Shown in pieces: positions 1-11,276 of a DNA stretch of 64,000 nucleotides. Numbering within the stretch: position 1 is the stretch's first letter; the number at the start of each line of letters is the position of its first letter. The notes under the pieces were generated by a model that was given only the letters and a program-made list of their open reading frames with translations, did no database searches and was not told where the DNA came from. Location of the stretch: positions 32,001-96,000 of the IMG/VR virus record IMGVR_UViG_3300028886_000057. One strand, 5' to 3'. A program made the position numbers and the translations under genes. Source of the DNA: a virus. Lineage: Duplodnaviria > Caudoviricetes.

Positions 1-3000
1 TTCTTGTACACTTTCGGAATGAATACTGAGCCGCGGCTAATGCCGGTGATCAACAGGTGAGTTCCTTTTTCAAAGAAGCTCGGACCATTCGTTTCATTCG
101 CGTAGAACGCGAACAAGTCTTTATATAACTTTAACACAATTATGCCGTCTGGCGCCTGTACCGTAACTAATCCTTTTGTTGTGTTCTTATTTAACACCGT
201 GCCAACCAACGTGTACAAATGCATCTTCGGCACGCGTTTACCTTTAATATTGAAGAAGCCATCAATCGCCCCTTCTTGAATGTCGCCGACCAAATCGGTC
301 TCGACCGGGATCTGCGGCAAGATGTCCCACAATGGACTCTTCGACTTATAATAGTTGAGCGCGTCCAACTCCCAACTCTTCTCATCACCCGCGCCGTATT
401 TATTCCAATCATCCATAAAGAGATGATTATTTAACTTCTTCAGTAACTCGGCTTCATGCGCCTTAATATACGCCGTGGTCCGTACTTTACATCCATTATA
501 AACGTAAGCATCCCATCTTGCGCTGTCAATCGCTTCAACCACTCGACCGTTCGGCAATTGGATTGCTTCAATTTCAGCCTTACTCAATACGTAATCACGA
601 TCGACTGTATCGCCCATCATATAATATGATTCACTATCATCTCTATACTTGCGCAACTCTTTCGTCACCTTGAAGCACTTCTGCTCCTCTGCCAATTCCG
701 GCGGCAACAAACCAAAGTCAATTAACATATTCGCATTCTGCATAGTTAATCGGCCCTTTTGGTCCGCGGTCGACAAAATATATGCTTGTAAGATTTCTCT
801 TACGCTCTTGCCTTCAATTGCGTTAAAACAGCCCGCCTTAATCAAGTTAACGACTTTCGCACGGTTTACAATTCGCTTGTTCACCTTTTGCACGAAGTCT
901 GCCAAACTCGCATATGGACGATGTTCCATAATCTCTTGAATAACCGGTGACGTAATCATTGTGATGCCCTTCAAGCCGTACATAATTTCGTTACGTTCAA
1001 CGTTCGGCATAAAGCCCAACTTCGACTTATTAATATCCGGTGAGGTAATCGTACAAATATCTTTGAAACGGTTAACCGCCAAAATAATCTTGCTGACGTC
1101 CGTCTTACTCTGGTCGCGCTTATCGGCTTCATCCGTTTCTGCCAAGTCGATGATGCCTTCGTCCAACAAGTTGTCGAAGTCACTTTCATCAATAGCGGAA
1201 CTATCGACCGACAAACAGGCGCAGTTCCAATAAATAATCGGCCATCTATATGCCAAGTTCATTTCCTGAACCGCCAAGATCGAGTAACCTGTCGTGTGAA
1301 CGATTGAAAAAGAGTAGCCCAAGCTCTTTTTAACCTGGACGTCCCAAACGTAGTTTAAGATCTGGTCACTATTACCCAACGCACGACCCTTTTCCAAGAA
1401 CAACTGATGAACCTTTTCGATCTGGTCAAATTGCTTCTTAGCAATAGTCTTACGGAGTTTATTCGCCTCTACCATTGTGAAGCCCGCAATTTTCGGGTCC
1501 ATCGACAACTCCATAACGATTTCTTGGGTCGCTGCGACGCCATAGTACTGCAACAAGTACTTCTCCAACGTCTTGACTTCATCTTCGTTCAACCCATACA
1601 TCGCCATTTCTGAATACCACTGGCTAATATCGCGCTTAAATCTAACATATGTATCAAGAGGCAATTCACCCTCACACATAAGTCTCATAACCGCGTTTCC
1701 TACCGCTAACTCCATTAAGTTGCGCGGCTGAATGGCCTTAACGGCTTGACTACCTACTGCGGTATCGAACTGGAACAATGCCGTAATCTCACCATTATCG
1801 ACCATATCCCACATCTTCTCGCTGGTATAATCCAAAACTTTCGGGTTCAAATATTTATCATAAGTCGACTTCAAGTCACCTTGCCAGTCGATCTCATGGT
1901 TTTCTAACAAATAGTTGAAGCACTGACGAATACGATCCAACGCCGAAACCGTTAACATATCATACTTAATTAAGCCGCACGCTTCAGAGTCGTGGAGTTC
2001 GAGTGCCGTTACTAACGTACCGCTTCTCGTCTGCATGATACTGTTGTAGTCATTAATATCGCCATTAACGCAAACAATACCAGACGCGTGCTGACCCAAG
2101 CTAACCACCAAACCTTCAATTTTATGAGCAACCGCCCAAAGATCAGGATACTGGTCTATCTCTTCTTTAAAAGCGGTAATGGCATTGTGTTCCTCATCGC
2201 CATAATAACACTGGTCCAGAGTCCAGTCGAAACCACGCTCATTCGGGACCATTGAGCCCAAATATGAGACGATTTCTTCATCAATGCCGAGACCACGAGC
2301 AGCCGTCTTCAATGCATTTTTCGTACCGCACGTACCAAATGTGCAAACCGCGTAGACGTCGCCGCCGATACTTCTAAAGTAATCACGAATCTTATTAAAA
2401 ACCTTGACACGCTTAAAAGACTCCGTGTCGAAGTCAATATCAGGATAGTCGGGACGCTCCGGGTCCAAGAAACGCCAAGCCGCCATGTGCGCCGGCTGCT
2501 CCAACGGGTTCATTTGCGTAATGCCCAACAAATAGTTGATAAGGAACGCACCTGCCGAACCACGACTCGGACCGACTAACGAGTCAGCCTCATGCCAAAT
2601 AATATCCATTAACTTCGCCATTGTGGTGAAGTAGTCAGCCATATGAACGCCCTTATTTTCAGAGATAAGGTGAATGGTGCGAAGCTCGGTTTCCAACTCC
2701 TCGATGTACTCCGGCAAACGTGCTTCGGGAATCTGCTCTTTAATCCAGCCCCTCGTCACCAACTTCATAAAATATGAGTCGATTTCGTCGGTGGTGGTTG
2801 CAAAGTATCTCAAATGTTCATGGTCTGCAAGGTAAGGTTCAAAAACTTTGCAGTTCTCAAATATTTCATTTCTTACAATATACGGAATCTGTTGCGGCTT
2901 ACGAAGATCGAACGGCTTAATCATATCATAGATACGCAACGTATTCTGCGCCATTTCTTCCATCTGCTCAGCAGTTACATAGTCTTTGAAGTAGTCCCAG

Positions 3001-3770
3001 ACTTCTTCATAACTCATCATATACGCCGATGCATAAAACGAGTCGACCTCACGATCACCATTCTTCGAGTTCAAAAACGCGCGATGAATCGGACGATCTT
3101 CCTTCTTCAAATAGTGCGAGTCGGTGGTGAAGATAAATGGCATCTTACCCCAAAACGTCTTAATCAAATATTTATTATATGCAATTTGGTCCTCTTGGAA
3201 CGACGGCTGCAATTCAATATACCAATTGCCTTTACCAAACAACTCTTGCATAGCTCCGGCGAAACGTTCGATCGACGCGAAGTCGCCATCTTTAAACTTA
3301 CGGCCCAAATAACCACCGATACAAGCCGAGCTTGCCACCAAGTGACCGCCCTTTACCAATTCATATAAATCGTTCGGAGTCGTCCAAACACGTGTCATAA
3401 ACGTGCCGAAACCACGTTCCCAGGCACGGCTGCTTAATTGCCGCATCTGGTGATAGCCTTCCATATCTTTTGCTAATAAGATAAAGTGAAAAAATGGCTC
3501 GCCCTTTTGATAGTTTTCGGCCGTCAAATCATTTCTAGCTATATAAATCTCGTTGCCGAGAATAAGTTTAAAATCAGTATCTTTATATTTATCAGCCCAA
3601 TACGCCATCGCCTTAACGTGACCAGACAAACTTTCATGGTCGGTAATGGCTACGCCTTTAAGCCCAATTTCATAGGCATAATCAATTAAATCATTTGGTT
3701 TATTAATACTGTCGATCAATCGCAGGTTGCTGTACATCGTGTGGTTATGTAATGAAACGTAAGTAGACAT
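1..3770 (-). CDS. dnaE: DNA polymerase III alpha subunit (3' end runs off the window)
   Basis: Absent from the ORF track because there is no stop in the window. ATG at 3770 with AAGGAG RBS. Reads MSTYVSLHNHTMYSNLRLIDS (PHP domain), VGPSRGSAG, RPDYPDIDFD, GYSFSIVHT. The same frame ends ...LITGISRGSVFIPKVYK at position 3. Confidence 0.95.
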   Translation of the reverse strand, partial: MSTYVSLHNHTMYSNLRLIDSINKPNDLIDYAYEIGLKGVAITDHESLSGHVKAMAYWADKYKDTDFKLILGNEIYIARNDLTAENYQKGEPFFHFILLAKDMEGYHQMRQLSSRAWERGFGTFMTRVWTTPNDLYELVKGGHLVASSACIGGYLGRKFKDGDFASIERFAGAMQELFGKGNWYIELQPSFQEDQIAYNKYLIKTFWGKMPFIFTTDSHYLKKEDRPIHRAFLNSKNGDREVDSFYASAYMMSYEEVWDYFKDYVTAEQMEEMAQNTLRIYDMIKPFDLRKPQQIPYIVRNEIFENCKVFEPYLADHEHLRYFATTTDEIDSYFMKLVTRGWIKEQIPEARLPEYIEELETELRTIHLISENKGVHMADYFTTMAKLMDIIWHEADSLVGPSRGSAGAFLINYLLGITQMNPLEQPAHMAAWRFLDPERPDYPDIDFDTESFKRVKVFNKIRDYFRSIGGDVYAVCTFGTCGTKNALKTAARGLGIDEEIVSYLGSMVPNERGFDWTLDQCYYGDEEHNAITAFKEEIDQYPDLWAVAHKIEGLVVSLGQHASGIVCVNGDINDYNSIMQTRSGTLVTALELHDSEACGLIKYDMLTVSALDRIRQCFNYLLENHEIDWQGDLKSTYDKYLNPKVLDYTSEKMWDMVDNGEITALFQFDTAVGSQAVKAIQPRNLMELAVGNAVMRLMCEGELPLDTYVRFKRDISQWYSEMAMYGLNEDEVKTLEKYLLQYYGVAATQEIVMELSMDPKIAGFTMVEANKLRKTIAKKQFDQIEKVHQLFLEKGRALGNSDQILNYVWDVQVKKSLGYSFSIVHTTGYSILAVQEMNLAYRWPIIYWNCACLSVDSSAIDESDFDNLLDEGIIDLAETDEADKRDQSKTDVSKIILAVNRFKDICTITSPDINKSKLGFMPNVERNEIMYGLKGITMITSPVIQEIMEHRPYASLADFVQKVNKRIVNRAKVVNLIKAGCFNAIEGKSVREILQAYILSTADQKGRLTMQNANMLIDFGLLPPELAEEQKCFKVTKELRKYRDDSESYYMMGDTVDRDYVLSKAEIEAIQLPNGRVVEAIDSARWDAYVYNGCKVRTTAYIKAHEAELLKKLNNHLFMDDWNKYGAGDEKSWELDALNYYKSKSPLWDILPQIPVETDLVGDIQEGAIDGFFNIKGKRVPKMHLYTLVGTVLNKNTTKGLVTVQAPDGIIVLKLYKDLFAFYANETNGPSFFEKGTHLLITGISRGSVFIPKVYK

Positions 3771-3882
3771 ATAACTCCTTTCTGATGGCCTTTCTCGCAT
3801 AGCGAAGGTTTATACCATAGAATTTATCTTTACTATATTTTAAGCTAAAAAGTCGTTCTTAGCAAATAAAAAAGATGGAAGT

Positions 3883-4383
3883 TTACACTTCCATCTGTTC
3901 AATAGCATCGGTACAAATCGCTGCCACATCAATATTTAAAAGCTCAAATATTTTAAGCATGATGCCCATTAACACCGCATAATCAAGACGCTGATGTTCG
4001 CTATCGGCGTTGGTGGCTACTAATCGAACCAACTCTTGCGCGCTATTCCACACATTGTCGTCACTTTGTAAACCTTGTGCTACTTCAAATGTGCGATTCA
4101 AAGCATTGATGCGTGGCGTTTCGACGTTATCGTCCGTATATTTGATTTCCGCGGGGAATGTAGAAAGCACAGAAGCATAATCGTACAATATGTCGATCGC
4201 TAGAGTACGATCGTAATTCAACGTCTCTGGACATTCACTGGGGTAACTTAAATGAAGTTCACGGAACATGCAGAAAATGTCGGTACGTAATGAGGTGACG
4301 CACCATAAAACATCAGGAGTTTCCTTTTGATGGTCGACCACCGTTTTAACAAGATTAGTAAGAAGTTCTTTAGTAAGATGCAT
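3883..4383 (-). CDS. hypothetical protein
   Basis: 166-aa ORF, co-oriented with the replication block. Confidence 0.7.
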   Translation of the reverse strand: MHLTKELLTNLVKTVVDHQKETPDVLWCVTSLRTDIFCMFRELHLSYPSECPETLNYDRTLAIDILYDYASVLSTFPAEIKYTDDNVETPRINALNRTFEVAQGLQSDDNVWNSAQELVRLVATNADSEHQRLDYAVLMGIMLKIFELLNIDVAAICTDAIEQMEV

Positions 4384-4555
4384 TAGAAAAGCCTTTCTAT
4401 TTTCGGATTAAATACATCCTCGATGGCAATATCATTAAACAGTTTAATAATATCAGAAGTTGGTAGCCGTGCGATCGCTAATAACAAATCCATCTCAGTT
4501 TGCACAATCTCTATATTATATTTTGCCGCGATTTCGCGCATAGTTTCAAAATTCA

Positions 4556-6367
4556 TTATATCAAATCCAATGCGCTAATTTCCTCGATTGGAGCGGCAAT
4601 ATCGAGGCTATCTACAACAATTTGCACAGAGTTGCTATAACTATTAACTTGCGCTTTACCTACGCACGTGATGCGAGTTTTGACCGAGTTCTTGAGTTGC
4701 CGCGCCAAGCCGGGTTGCTTAAACATAACGAACTCGACGCCACCACGAGAGAACTTAATTGTATCATGTTCTTTACCGATGAAACTAAATTCACTTGCGT
4801 TCATACTGAATGAGAACGCAAAGCGCGGCTGCGGGATACCGTTACCATATACATACATACCTCTTGCAAAATCTGATAAGAGGTTGCCGGCGACCGCGTC
4901 TTTAAACCAATAGTCAACTTCAATATATTCGGTAGTAAAGTCAACATTTTTCATGGCATTGTCGGCATATTCAACGAAGGCTTTGAGCCCCTCTGTAGTA
5001 AAACCGCAACCTGCGGCGAATGGGTGACCCTCGGCCCAGCCGTCGCCCGATGTGTTAATCATTTCCATCAAAGATGGAACGGGGCGAATCTGTCCATCGA
5101 CCGTTTCATAATATTGATCGGCGCGAAGTGAGCCGCTATAAGTAACCTTGCCTTCATCGCTGCACGACTCACGCAAAACCATAACCGGTTTATGATACTC
5201 TTTGCTCAACTCCATGGCAGTCAAGCCGGTGAGAGTCGGCAATACTAAGTTTTGCTCGTCCGCGGTGACAGGAATTGCAATAACTTGGTGTTCATCTAAG
5301 TGATGCTTAACTATTTTTTGTTTAAGTAAGGCACTGCCACGTTTTTTGGCGCTGTCTTGGCGACCTTTAGCGTTAGCCGCCAAACGAACTGCATACTCAT
5401 AAATGGTTTCGGTGCGTGGCGTGCCGCGGTTATCTGACGTAAATAGCTCCGTGCAGTTATCTTCAACCATGGCACGGAAGAAGAGTTCTTTTTCCTCTTG
5501 CGAGCCACTGCGAATCAAACCGTTAATAAGCGGCGCTACGTAAAACGCCACGTCAGTTTTCGTTGGGTGCGCGATATTCGCAATAGAATAAGCGCGGCTT
5601 TTGAGAATCTCTTGCAAAATTTTGTTGCGGATGCGGCCCAAACCGCGTCGAATAATATAGTTGTTGCCCAGAGTACGCGTATCCATAACGTCAGCAATAA
5701 TACCGACAGCAGCCAGGTCCAAATATTTTTCCCACATATGTGGAACATAAGAGTCTAACACACTGATGATGCCATATTTCTCTTCATATGCCTTAACAAA
5801 CATTAATACAATACCGGCACCAGACATGGCTTTATTGTTGAAATCCGGACTAGCTTGGTTGTTAACTACAATTACATCCGGATGATTAAACTCGCCGCTA
5901 ACTTCGTGGTGGTCTAAAATGACAACCCACTTGCCTTGTTTGGCTAACTCTTCCTGTTCGGTTAGCTGCATAGAACCGGCGTCGGGAATAATGACAATGC
6001 CCGCATCGCCAACTTTATCCATTTCGATACCATGCTCTTTTCCAGCATGTACGCCCCAGACTAACTCAATATCAGGGGCGGTTTCGCGCAAAAAGTGGCA
6101 AAAGATAGAGGCAGAGGTGAAACCGTCGGTGTCGCAGTCCACTTGCACATAGAACTTCTTTTTCGCCGCAATGGCATCATGCACTTTGTCTACCGCAGCT
6201 TCCATATTACGGAGCTGCCATGGATTGTCCAAGTCTTTAATTGGCGGCTCTTCAGTCAGGAAGCTGGCAACGTGATCTTCTGTGATACCTAATGTCATTA
6301 AATAATCACGTAAGTAATTCGTGCTGCCAATTTTAATACTGTTGTCTTTTACTTTGATCTCTTTCAT
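4556..6367 (-). CDS. recJ: RecJ-like DHH-family ssDNA exonuclease
   Basis: DCDTDG, ILDHH, DLAAVGIIADVM, GSLR and GHPFAAG motifs. Confidence 0.9.
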   Translation of the reverse strand: MKEIKVKDNSIKIGSTNYLRDYLMTLGITEDHVASFLTEEPPIKDLDNPWQLRNMEAAVDKVHDAIAAKKKFYVQVDCDTDGFTSASIFCHFLRETAPDIELVWGVHAGKEHGIEMDKVGDAGIVIIPDAGSMQLTEQEELAKQGKWVVILDHHEVSGEFNHPDVIVVNNQASPDFNNKAMSGAGIVLMFVKAYEEKYGIISVLDSYVPHMWEKYLDLAAVGIIADVMDTRTLGNNYIIRRGLGRIRNKILQEILKSRAYSIANIAHPTKTDVAFYVAPLINGLIRSGSQEEKELFFRAMVEDNCTELFTSDNRGTPRTETIYEYAVRLAANAKGRQDSAKKRGSALLKQKIVKHHLDEHQVIAIPVTADEQNLVLPTLTGLTAMELSKEYHKPVMVLRESCSDEGKVTYSGSLRADQYYETVDGQIRPVPSLMEMINTSGDGWAEGHPFAAGCGFTTEGLKAFVEYADNAMKNVDFTTEYIEVDYWFKDAVAGNLLSDFARGMYVYGNGIPQPRFAFSFSMNASEFSFIGKEHDTIKFSRGGVEFVMFKQPGLARQLKNSVKTRITCVGKAQVNSYSNSVQIVVDSLDIAAPIEEISALDLI

Positions 6368-7431
6368 AGCACTAACCTTTCTGATAATAGCTTCTCAAAA
6401 TACTCTTTGCCGCCCTCTAATGGACTACTCTTATACTCTAGTTTAAGGTCCCAATCAAGTAAAACGCTAACTTGAAAGTACTTCGTAAGTATGTTTGCTA
6501 ATTTGACATACTCCTCACGCTTCTGCCGCAACTCATCTTCAGTTTCGTAGTCGGCGTCATAGGCCAGCACAACTCGACGAACGCCGCATTGCTGGAGCAG
6601 TAAGATCTGCGATGGCGTGATATTTTTACCTAGCGTAGCCACACAGATATTGTCTTTATAATAATCGTTATAGTGAAGGACACTCTTTTCGCCTTCAACG
6701 ATAATCGCCATATGCTTTTTCATAATCGACTGGCGATTCTGATACAAGCCGTACAACGCTCGGCCGCTCGGGTGCCGCAAACAGGTATCACCATCATAAA
6801 GCGGTCGATACTTGCCGTACTTATTCGCCACTTCTTCGTCGAGGAAGCGACCGCGCACGCCAATTAGGTTACCATCCACGTCATAGTTGGGAATAACTAT
6901 TGCGTTATCTGTAGGTGAGTACAAAATACCAAACTTACGCATGGCCTCATAACTAATGCCCTCATTATACCATGGACTTAACCCTGCGCGGTTGAAGGTG
7001 TACTTCTCCAACACCGACTTATCATACGTCGGCACTGGCGGCAACTGGTCCGCGGAGACCGCGCGTTCCAGTCGTAACATATACCGATAGTCTTCCAACT
7101 CACTTTGGTTATAATCAATTTCGTTCTCTGTATCGAGATCACAAAGAACGACCGCGTCATGCAAGGTAATGTCCTTGCCACGCAATTTCATCATCTTCAA
7201 CAATAAGTGGAAGATGTCGAAGGTTTCGGAACATTCGGTGTAACAGTGGAAGAGATGGGTGTTCTTGTAATAGTAAAGTTTCGGACTACCGCCCTCTAAG
7301 TTGTGGCAGCAGGTTGGGAAGATAATAAAGGCTTCAGTCTCGTCGAACGGTACGACGTTAAACTGTTCGAGAATACCTTTAACTGTTTCTTCGCTCATGT
7401 CTTCACGAAGATCGCGTAGCGTTCTACTCAT
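6364..7431 (-). CDS. dnaG: DNA primase (Zn-binding + TOPRIM)
   Basis: CCHN...FHCYTEC zinc site; IIVEGEKS and LAYDAD TOPRIM motifs; adjacent to the helicase. Confidence 0.85.
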   Translation of the reverse strand: MSRTLRDLREDMSEETVKGILEQFNVVPFDETEAFIIFPTCCHNLEGGSPKLYYYKNTHLFHCYTECSETFDIFHLLLKMMKLRGKDITLHDAVVLCDLDTENEIDYNQSELEDYRYMLRLERAVSADQLPPVPTYDKSVLEKYTFNRAGLSPWYNEGISYEAMRKFGILYSPTDNAIVIPNYDVDGNLIGVRGRFLDEEVANKYGKYRPLYDGDTCLRHPSGRALYGLYQNRQSIMKKHMAIIVEGEKSVLHYNDYYKDNICVATLGKNITPSQILLLQQCGVRRVVLAYDADYETEDELRQKREEYVKLANILTKYFQVSVLLDWDLKLEYKSSPLEGGKEYFEKLLSERLVL

Positions 7432-9034
7432 TGACTTCCACCTCCTTTACTAATGTTTCATAATCGGGATAAATCTTTTCGTATTCAACTTTCGCCGCCC
7501 TTGGCAATGGCTTGTCATCTATATATAAGTATGGTTTATAGTTTGTGTCGGTTACAAATAAGTCGGTCGTTCGGCAAGTGCCGTGATCGAAGTAACGGAA
7601 CAACTTTACTGCCGTAACACTGCCGTTACGGTTCTTATAAATATCGACTACCTGGTTCGGCGTTTTTGGATACACATTTTGCGCTAAGATTTCGCTAATC
7701 GCTTCCATCTCCTCGCTGCCGGGCAACAGTCTCGTAATAACACAACCATAGTCGACTTTATTTGCTACAGCCTTCGATCCTTCGATACAAGTTTCATCAC
7801 GATATGCTTTTTCTGTTGCTGATCGGTTGACCTGCGTTGCACTAATAATAAATACATTATAAGTGGTGCAAACCTCTTTCAACTTCGTAGCCAACAATCT
7901 CAAGATAACATCTTCACGAACGCCGGCCTTATTCGCTTCGCTCAATACACCACTGCTACTATTGATATAGTCATAACCGATATATTGAATACCGTCGCGC
8001 AAAATGTGCCGCGCTAATACAACGCCAGTTGCCTCGATAGTTGGGTCTGGCACAATTTCGACGCCCAAGTTCTTACCATAACGCCGCATAATCTTTAAGC
8101 CCAGTTCAACATCCGCCTGTTCTTCAGGAGATAATGGGTCAACGTTAATAAACTTTTCAGCGTTAATACCGGTGATATGCGCTAAGATTAACGGATATAA
8201 TTCATTTAATTGTTGCTCCTGCCCAAAGTACATTGTCTTGACATACCCTTCGCGGCTTACAATCTTATGATTTACAATATACGGCATTGATAACGTACAC
8301 AAAGTATCAATAATTTGTCGAGTTTTACCGACACCAGTGCTTGCGCTAAATAAGAATAACTTACCCAATGGCGCGCCTTTCGTAATGGTATTAAGATATT
8401 CACCATCCATTGGCAAACCAATAGTAGATGCATTTACTCGGTTACTCCACCACTCATCTACTCCGGCGTCAACCGTTTGATAGCTACTTGCGCGCTTACC
8501 GACGTTCTTATCTTCGATGCCGACCAACTTTTCACGGATACGATTAATAATCTCGTCGCCGCTAATCTGGTCTAACTTTTCATCTTCTTCGTCGCGATTT
8601 AACAAGTCCTTTGAAACGTCGTAAAAATCGGCAATATCAATACCTGCTCGAACCAATTCACGAAGAATACTAAATTTCTTTAACCTAGTGTAATAATACT
8701 TAAACTGATTACTGTCGCCATTTTCAGTCAAGTTGTATGTAGTCTGTAACCACTCATATCCTTTATTCTGCAAGTAGTAATCATAAACTTGCGGCTGCGT
8801 TTTAATATATAAGTCAATATCTTGTGGAGTTAAATGTTCGGCGCCATTTTTCTCCATATTATAAATCGACGTGAAAGTGATACGCTGCAACGGAGAAGTG
8901 AAGTCATCCGGCAACAACGTATAATCTTCCTCTAACATCTGCGGTTTACGCATCAAAGTCGATAAAACGTATAATGCAGAAGAGGTGTCTGACAACTCTT
9001 TATTTATGTCCATTGTCGCCCTCACCTCCTTCAT
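7424..9034 (-). CDS. dnaB: DnaB-like replicative helicase
   Basis: Walker A ASTGVGKT, YDYI, SATQVNR, YKNRNG. Confidence 0.9.
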   Translation of the reverse strand: MKEVRATMDINKELSDTSSALYVLSTLMRKPQMLEEDYTLLPDDFTSPLQRITFTSIYNMEKNGAEHLTPQDIDLYIKTQPQVYDYYLQNKGYEWLQTTYNLTENGDSNQFKYYYTRLKKFSILRELVRAGIDIADFYDVSKDLLNRDEEDEKLDQISGDEIINRIREKLVGIEDKNVGKRASSYQTVDAGVDEWWSNRVNASTIGLPMDGEYLNTITKGAPLGKLFLFSASTGVGKTRQIIDTLCTLSMPYIVNHKIVSREGYVKTMYFGQEQQLNELYPLILAHITGINAEKFINVDPLSPEEQADVELGLKIMRRYGKNLGVEIVPDPTIEATGVVLARHILRDGIQYIGYDYINSSSGVLSEANKAGVREDVILRLLATKLKEVCTTYNVFIISATQVNRSATEKAYRDETCIEGSKAVANKVDYGCVITRLLPGSEEMEAISEILAQNVYPKTPNQVVDIYKNRNGSVTAVKLFRYFDHGTCRTTDLFVTDTNYKPYLYIDDKPLPRAAKVEYEKIYPDYETLVKEVEVNE

Positions 9035-9443
9035 CTATATCGTCGAATTTAAGCGGCTCCAATCTATAAGGCTTTTTACGGCCTTTCAAAATCTGGCGTA
9101 CATTAAAAACGACCGTGTCGCCTTTGGTCTCGAACTTTTTCGCATCTTGACGCCGCTCTTCTTGCCTGCGTTCTAACTCCGCCCAATACCGAGCCGACTC
9201 CTTGCGATACTTGCCTACAAACCAAATACCGTACAGGTCGTTATAATTACCCTTTTTAATCTCGATATAATAATATATACCGCGGCCAATCTCTTTATAG
9301 GAGAAGCCTTCGTTTAACACATATTTAGCAATCTGACGATCCACCATGGTTGGGAATGGATCGTCAGAGTTTATTTTGAGTTCATCGCGTATAAATGCTT
9401 TAAGTTCTGGTAATCCGTAATTATCTTCTTTTATCGTTGACAT
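9000..9443 (-). CDS. hypothetical protein in the replication operon
   Basis: 147-aa ORF overlapping both neighbours. Confidence 0.7.
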   Translation of the reverse strand: MSTIKEDNYGLPELKAFIRDELKINSDDPFPTMVDRQIAKYVLNEGFSYKEIGRGIYYYIEIKKGNYNDLYGIWFVGKYRKESARYWAELERRQEERRQDAKKFETKGDTVVFNVRQILKGRKKPYRLEPLKFDDIDEGGEGDNGHK

Positions 9444-10216
9444 GCTTCTTCAATGCCGAGTAAGAACTGTTCAATACGATAAAGTTCTACGAACTTATCT
9501 AGTGTGATGGCGCTGATCTTGGTGCTGACCTGCGACTGTACATACTTAACAATCTGGTCACTATATTCACTGGCATACTGCTGAATCAGTCCAGTAACTG
9601 CCGCCATGTGAGCGTCAAAACGGCTCATCTCTTCCGCCGGCACCGATTTAATGGCATTGCACTTTTTCGTTAATGCATCCCAATCAATGACAATCGGCTC
9701 AGCTTCCGGCTCCTTTTCGCCCGCATAAATATACAAGCCAAGACCATGCATAGCCGCCGCCTTTACGAAAGCACGCTGTTGCGCCCTATTAATATCAACT
9801 GAAGTTACAGCGTCTGCGCGAATCGACTGATTCTTCATATTCATAATCGGAAGAGTAACAATCTCTTCATGACCATTCAAAATCAAACCGACTTTAACAT
9901 AACAAGTCTTACCATCGGTGAAGTAGTTAACTTCTTCATCATGTTCGCTCGTGACAGTACGCTCCATACCCTCCATCGTTGTTTTAACGGTTTCAGTTAA
10001 ATGTACAGTATGTGTATAAATCTTCTGTTGCGCATCGGGGAAGCGCTGCTTTAAAATCGTCCAGGCCCATGCCCAGTTCAAATAAGTAAGACCCATCTTA
10101 TCATCGGTCTTACCTTTCAAATCAATTTTATTAAGTTCGTCGAACATTTGACCTAATACCTCTAATGTCGGTCCTGGGCGTTCGATATTTATAGTTTGAT
10201 GTGATTCATTATTCAT
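9431..10216 (-). CDS. ssDNA-annealing protein (Sak3/DUF1071-like)
   Basis: LTYLNWAWAW, LPIMNMKNQSI, QRAFVKAAAMHGLGLYIYAGE. Confidence 0.8.
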   Translation of the reverse strand: MNNESHQTINIERPGPTLEVLGQMFDELNKIDLKGKTDDKMGLTYLNWAWAWTILKQRFPDAQQKIYTHTVHLTETVKTTMEGMERTVTSEHDEEVNYFTDGKTCYVKVGLILNGHEEIVTLPIMNMKNQSIRADAVTSVDINRAQQRAFVKAAAMHGLGLYIYAGEKEPEAEPIVIDWDALTKKCNAIKSVPAEEMSRFDAHMAAVTGLIQQYASEYSDQIVKYVQSQVSTKISAITLDKFVELYRIEQFLLGIEEACQR

Positions 10217-10321
10217 AAATGTTTCCTTTCGATTGCTTAGTTTATTATACGAAATATAACGCCTTTAATCAAATAAAAAATACCTGTCATATTTCTTGAC
10301 AGGTATTGTTGGGTTTACCGA

Positions 10322-11206
10322 TTAAAGCAAACTAGCAGCTTTGCTGGTGAGAGGAGCTTCGTTGTCGGCAACGGCACCAGAAGACTTGGCAGAGCTGATA
10401 AGCTCGGCATCTTCAGCGCTACGCGCCTCTTTGAAAGCCTGCATATCCGGCATGGTATATGCATTTGGATCGCCAGCAGGAAGCGGCTGAGTGGCATGCT
10501 TAATATAGTAGTAACGATAGGTGTTGACAACCGTTTTCTTCAACGGAGTGCCAAACAAATCATCGCTCGAATCGGCAACGATTTCACGCTGTTCGGTGAT
10601 GTAACGAATATCACCATCAACACTTACAGTAACGCCCGGCACATAGGCTTTCGCCAAGGCACGCTGATGTTCAACTGCGTCGAGAGGGAGGTTGAGATAG
10701 AACATTTGAGCGGAGTCACCACGATAATTGGATTGCCCGAGAATAATCTCAAATAAGTAGGTTTCACCGCTCTTGTTCTTTTTCTCTTCCAAGCCACGAG
10801 CGACATAGCCGTTCAAACGGAAGGTCGCGGCATCTTGCTCACCAGGTTTCGCTTCGTTAACAAAGCGGCCACGGATACGCTGAGTGCGGACGACTTCGCC
10901 CTTCTGACCAACATAGCGGTGCTCTTCGAGAGCCGCGCCGGTGAAGGTGAAGCGCTGACCGACCTGTGAAGGGAGTTTGGAATAAGCTTCGAAAAGCTTG
11001 GACTGCTCGCCCTTCTGGGTTACTTCGCTAGAGAAAAGAGAGATGGGGATGATGTTTTCAGCGCCGTCGAGGATGCATTTGACAAGAACTTCGCCGCTGA
11101 CATACTGTTTGCCGATAGACTGACCTTTTTTGAAGATACCAGTTTTAACTTTGCTGGCATCGACAAGAGTACCAGTAATGTTGATTTCGTTAATAATATT
11201 TTCCAT
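10322..11206 (-). CDS. putative ssDNA-binding protein (OB folds)
   Basis: NEINITGTL start, two OB-like halves, next to the annealing protein, strong RBS. Confidence 0.6.
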   Translation of the reverse strand: MENIINEINITGTLVDASKVKTGIFKKGQSIGKQYVSGEVLVKCILDGAENIIPISLFSSEVTQKGEQSKLFEAYSKLPSQVGQRFTFTGAALEEHRYVGQKGEVVRTQRIRGRFVNEAKPGEQDAATFRLNGYVARGLEEKKNKSGETYLFEIILGQSNYRGDSAQMFYLNLPLDAVEHQRALAKAYVPGVTVSVDGDIRYITEQREIVADSSDDLFGTPLKKTVVNTYRYYYIKHATQPLPAGDPNAYTMPDMQAFKEARSAEDAELISSAKSSGAVADNEAPLTSKAASLL

Positions 11207-11276
11207 GTTTCTTCCTTTAAAATGTTTTTTCTAGCCGTTTAGCGGGGAGCCGAAGCTCCCCATTAAATTGCTTGAA

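Noticed and set aside
191-3689. Short ORFs in the track, including the 184-aa 2814..3368 (+)
   Set aside because: They are shadows of the minus-strand dnaE frame that runs off the window
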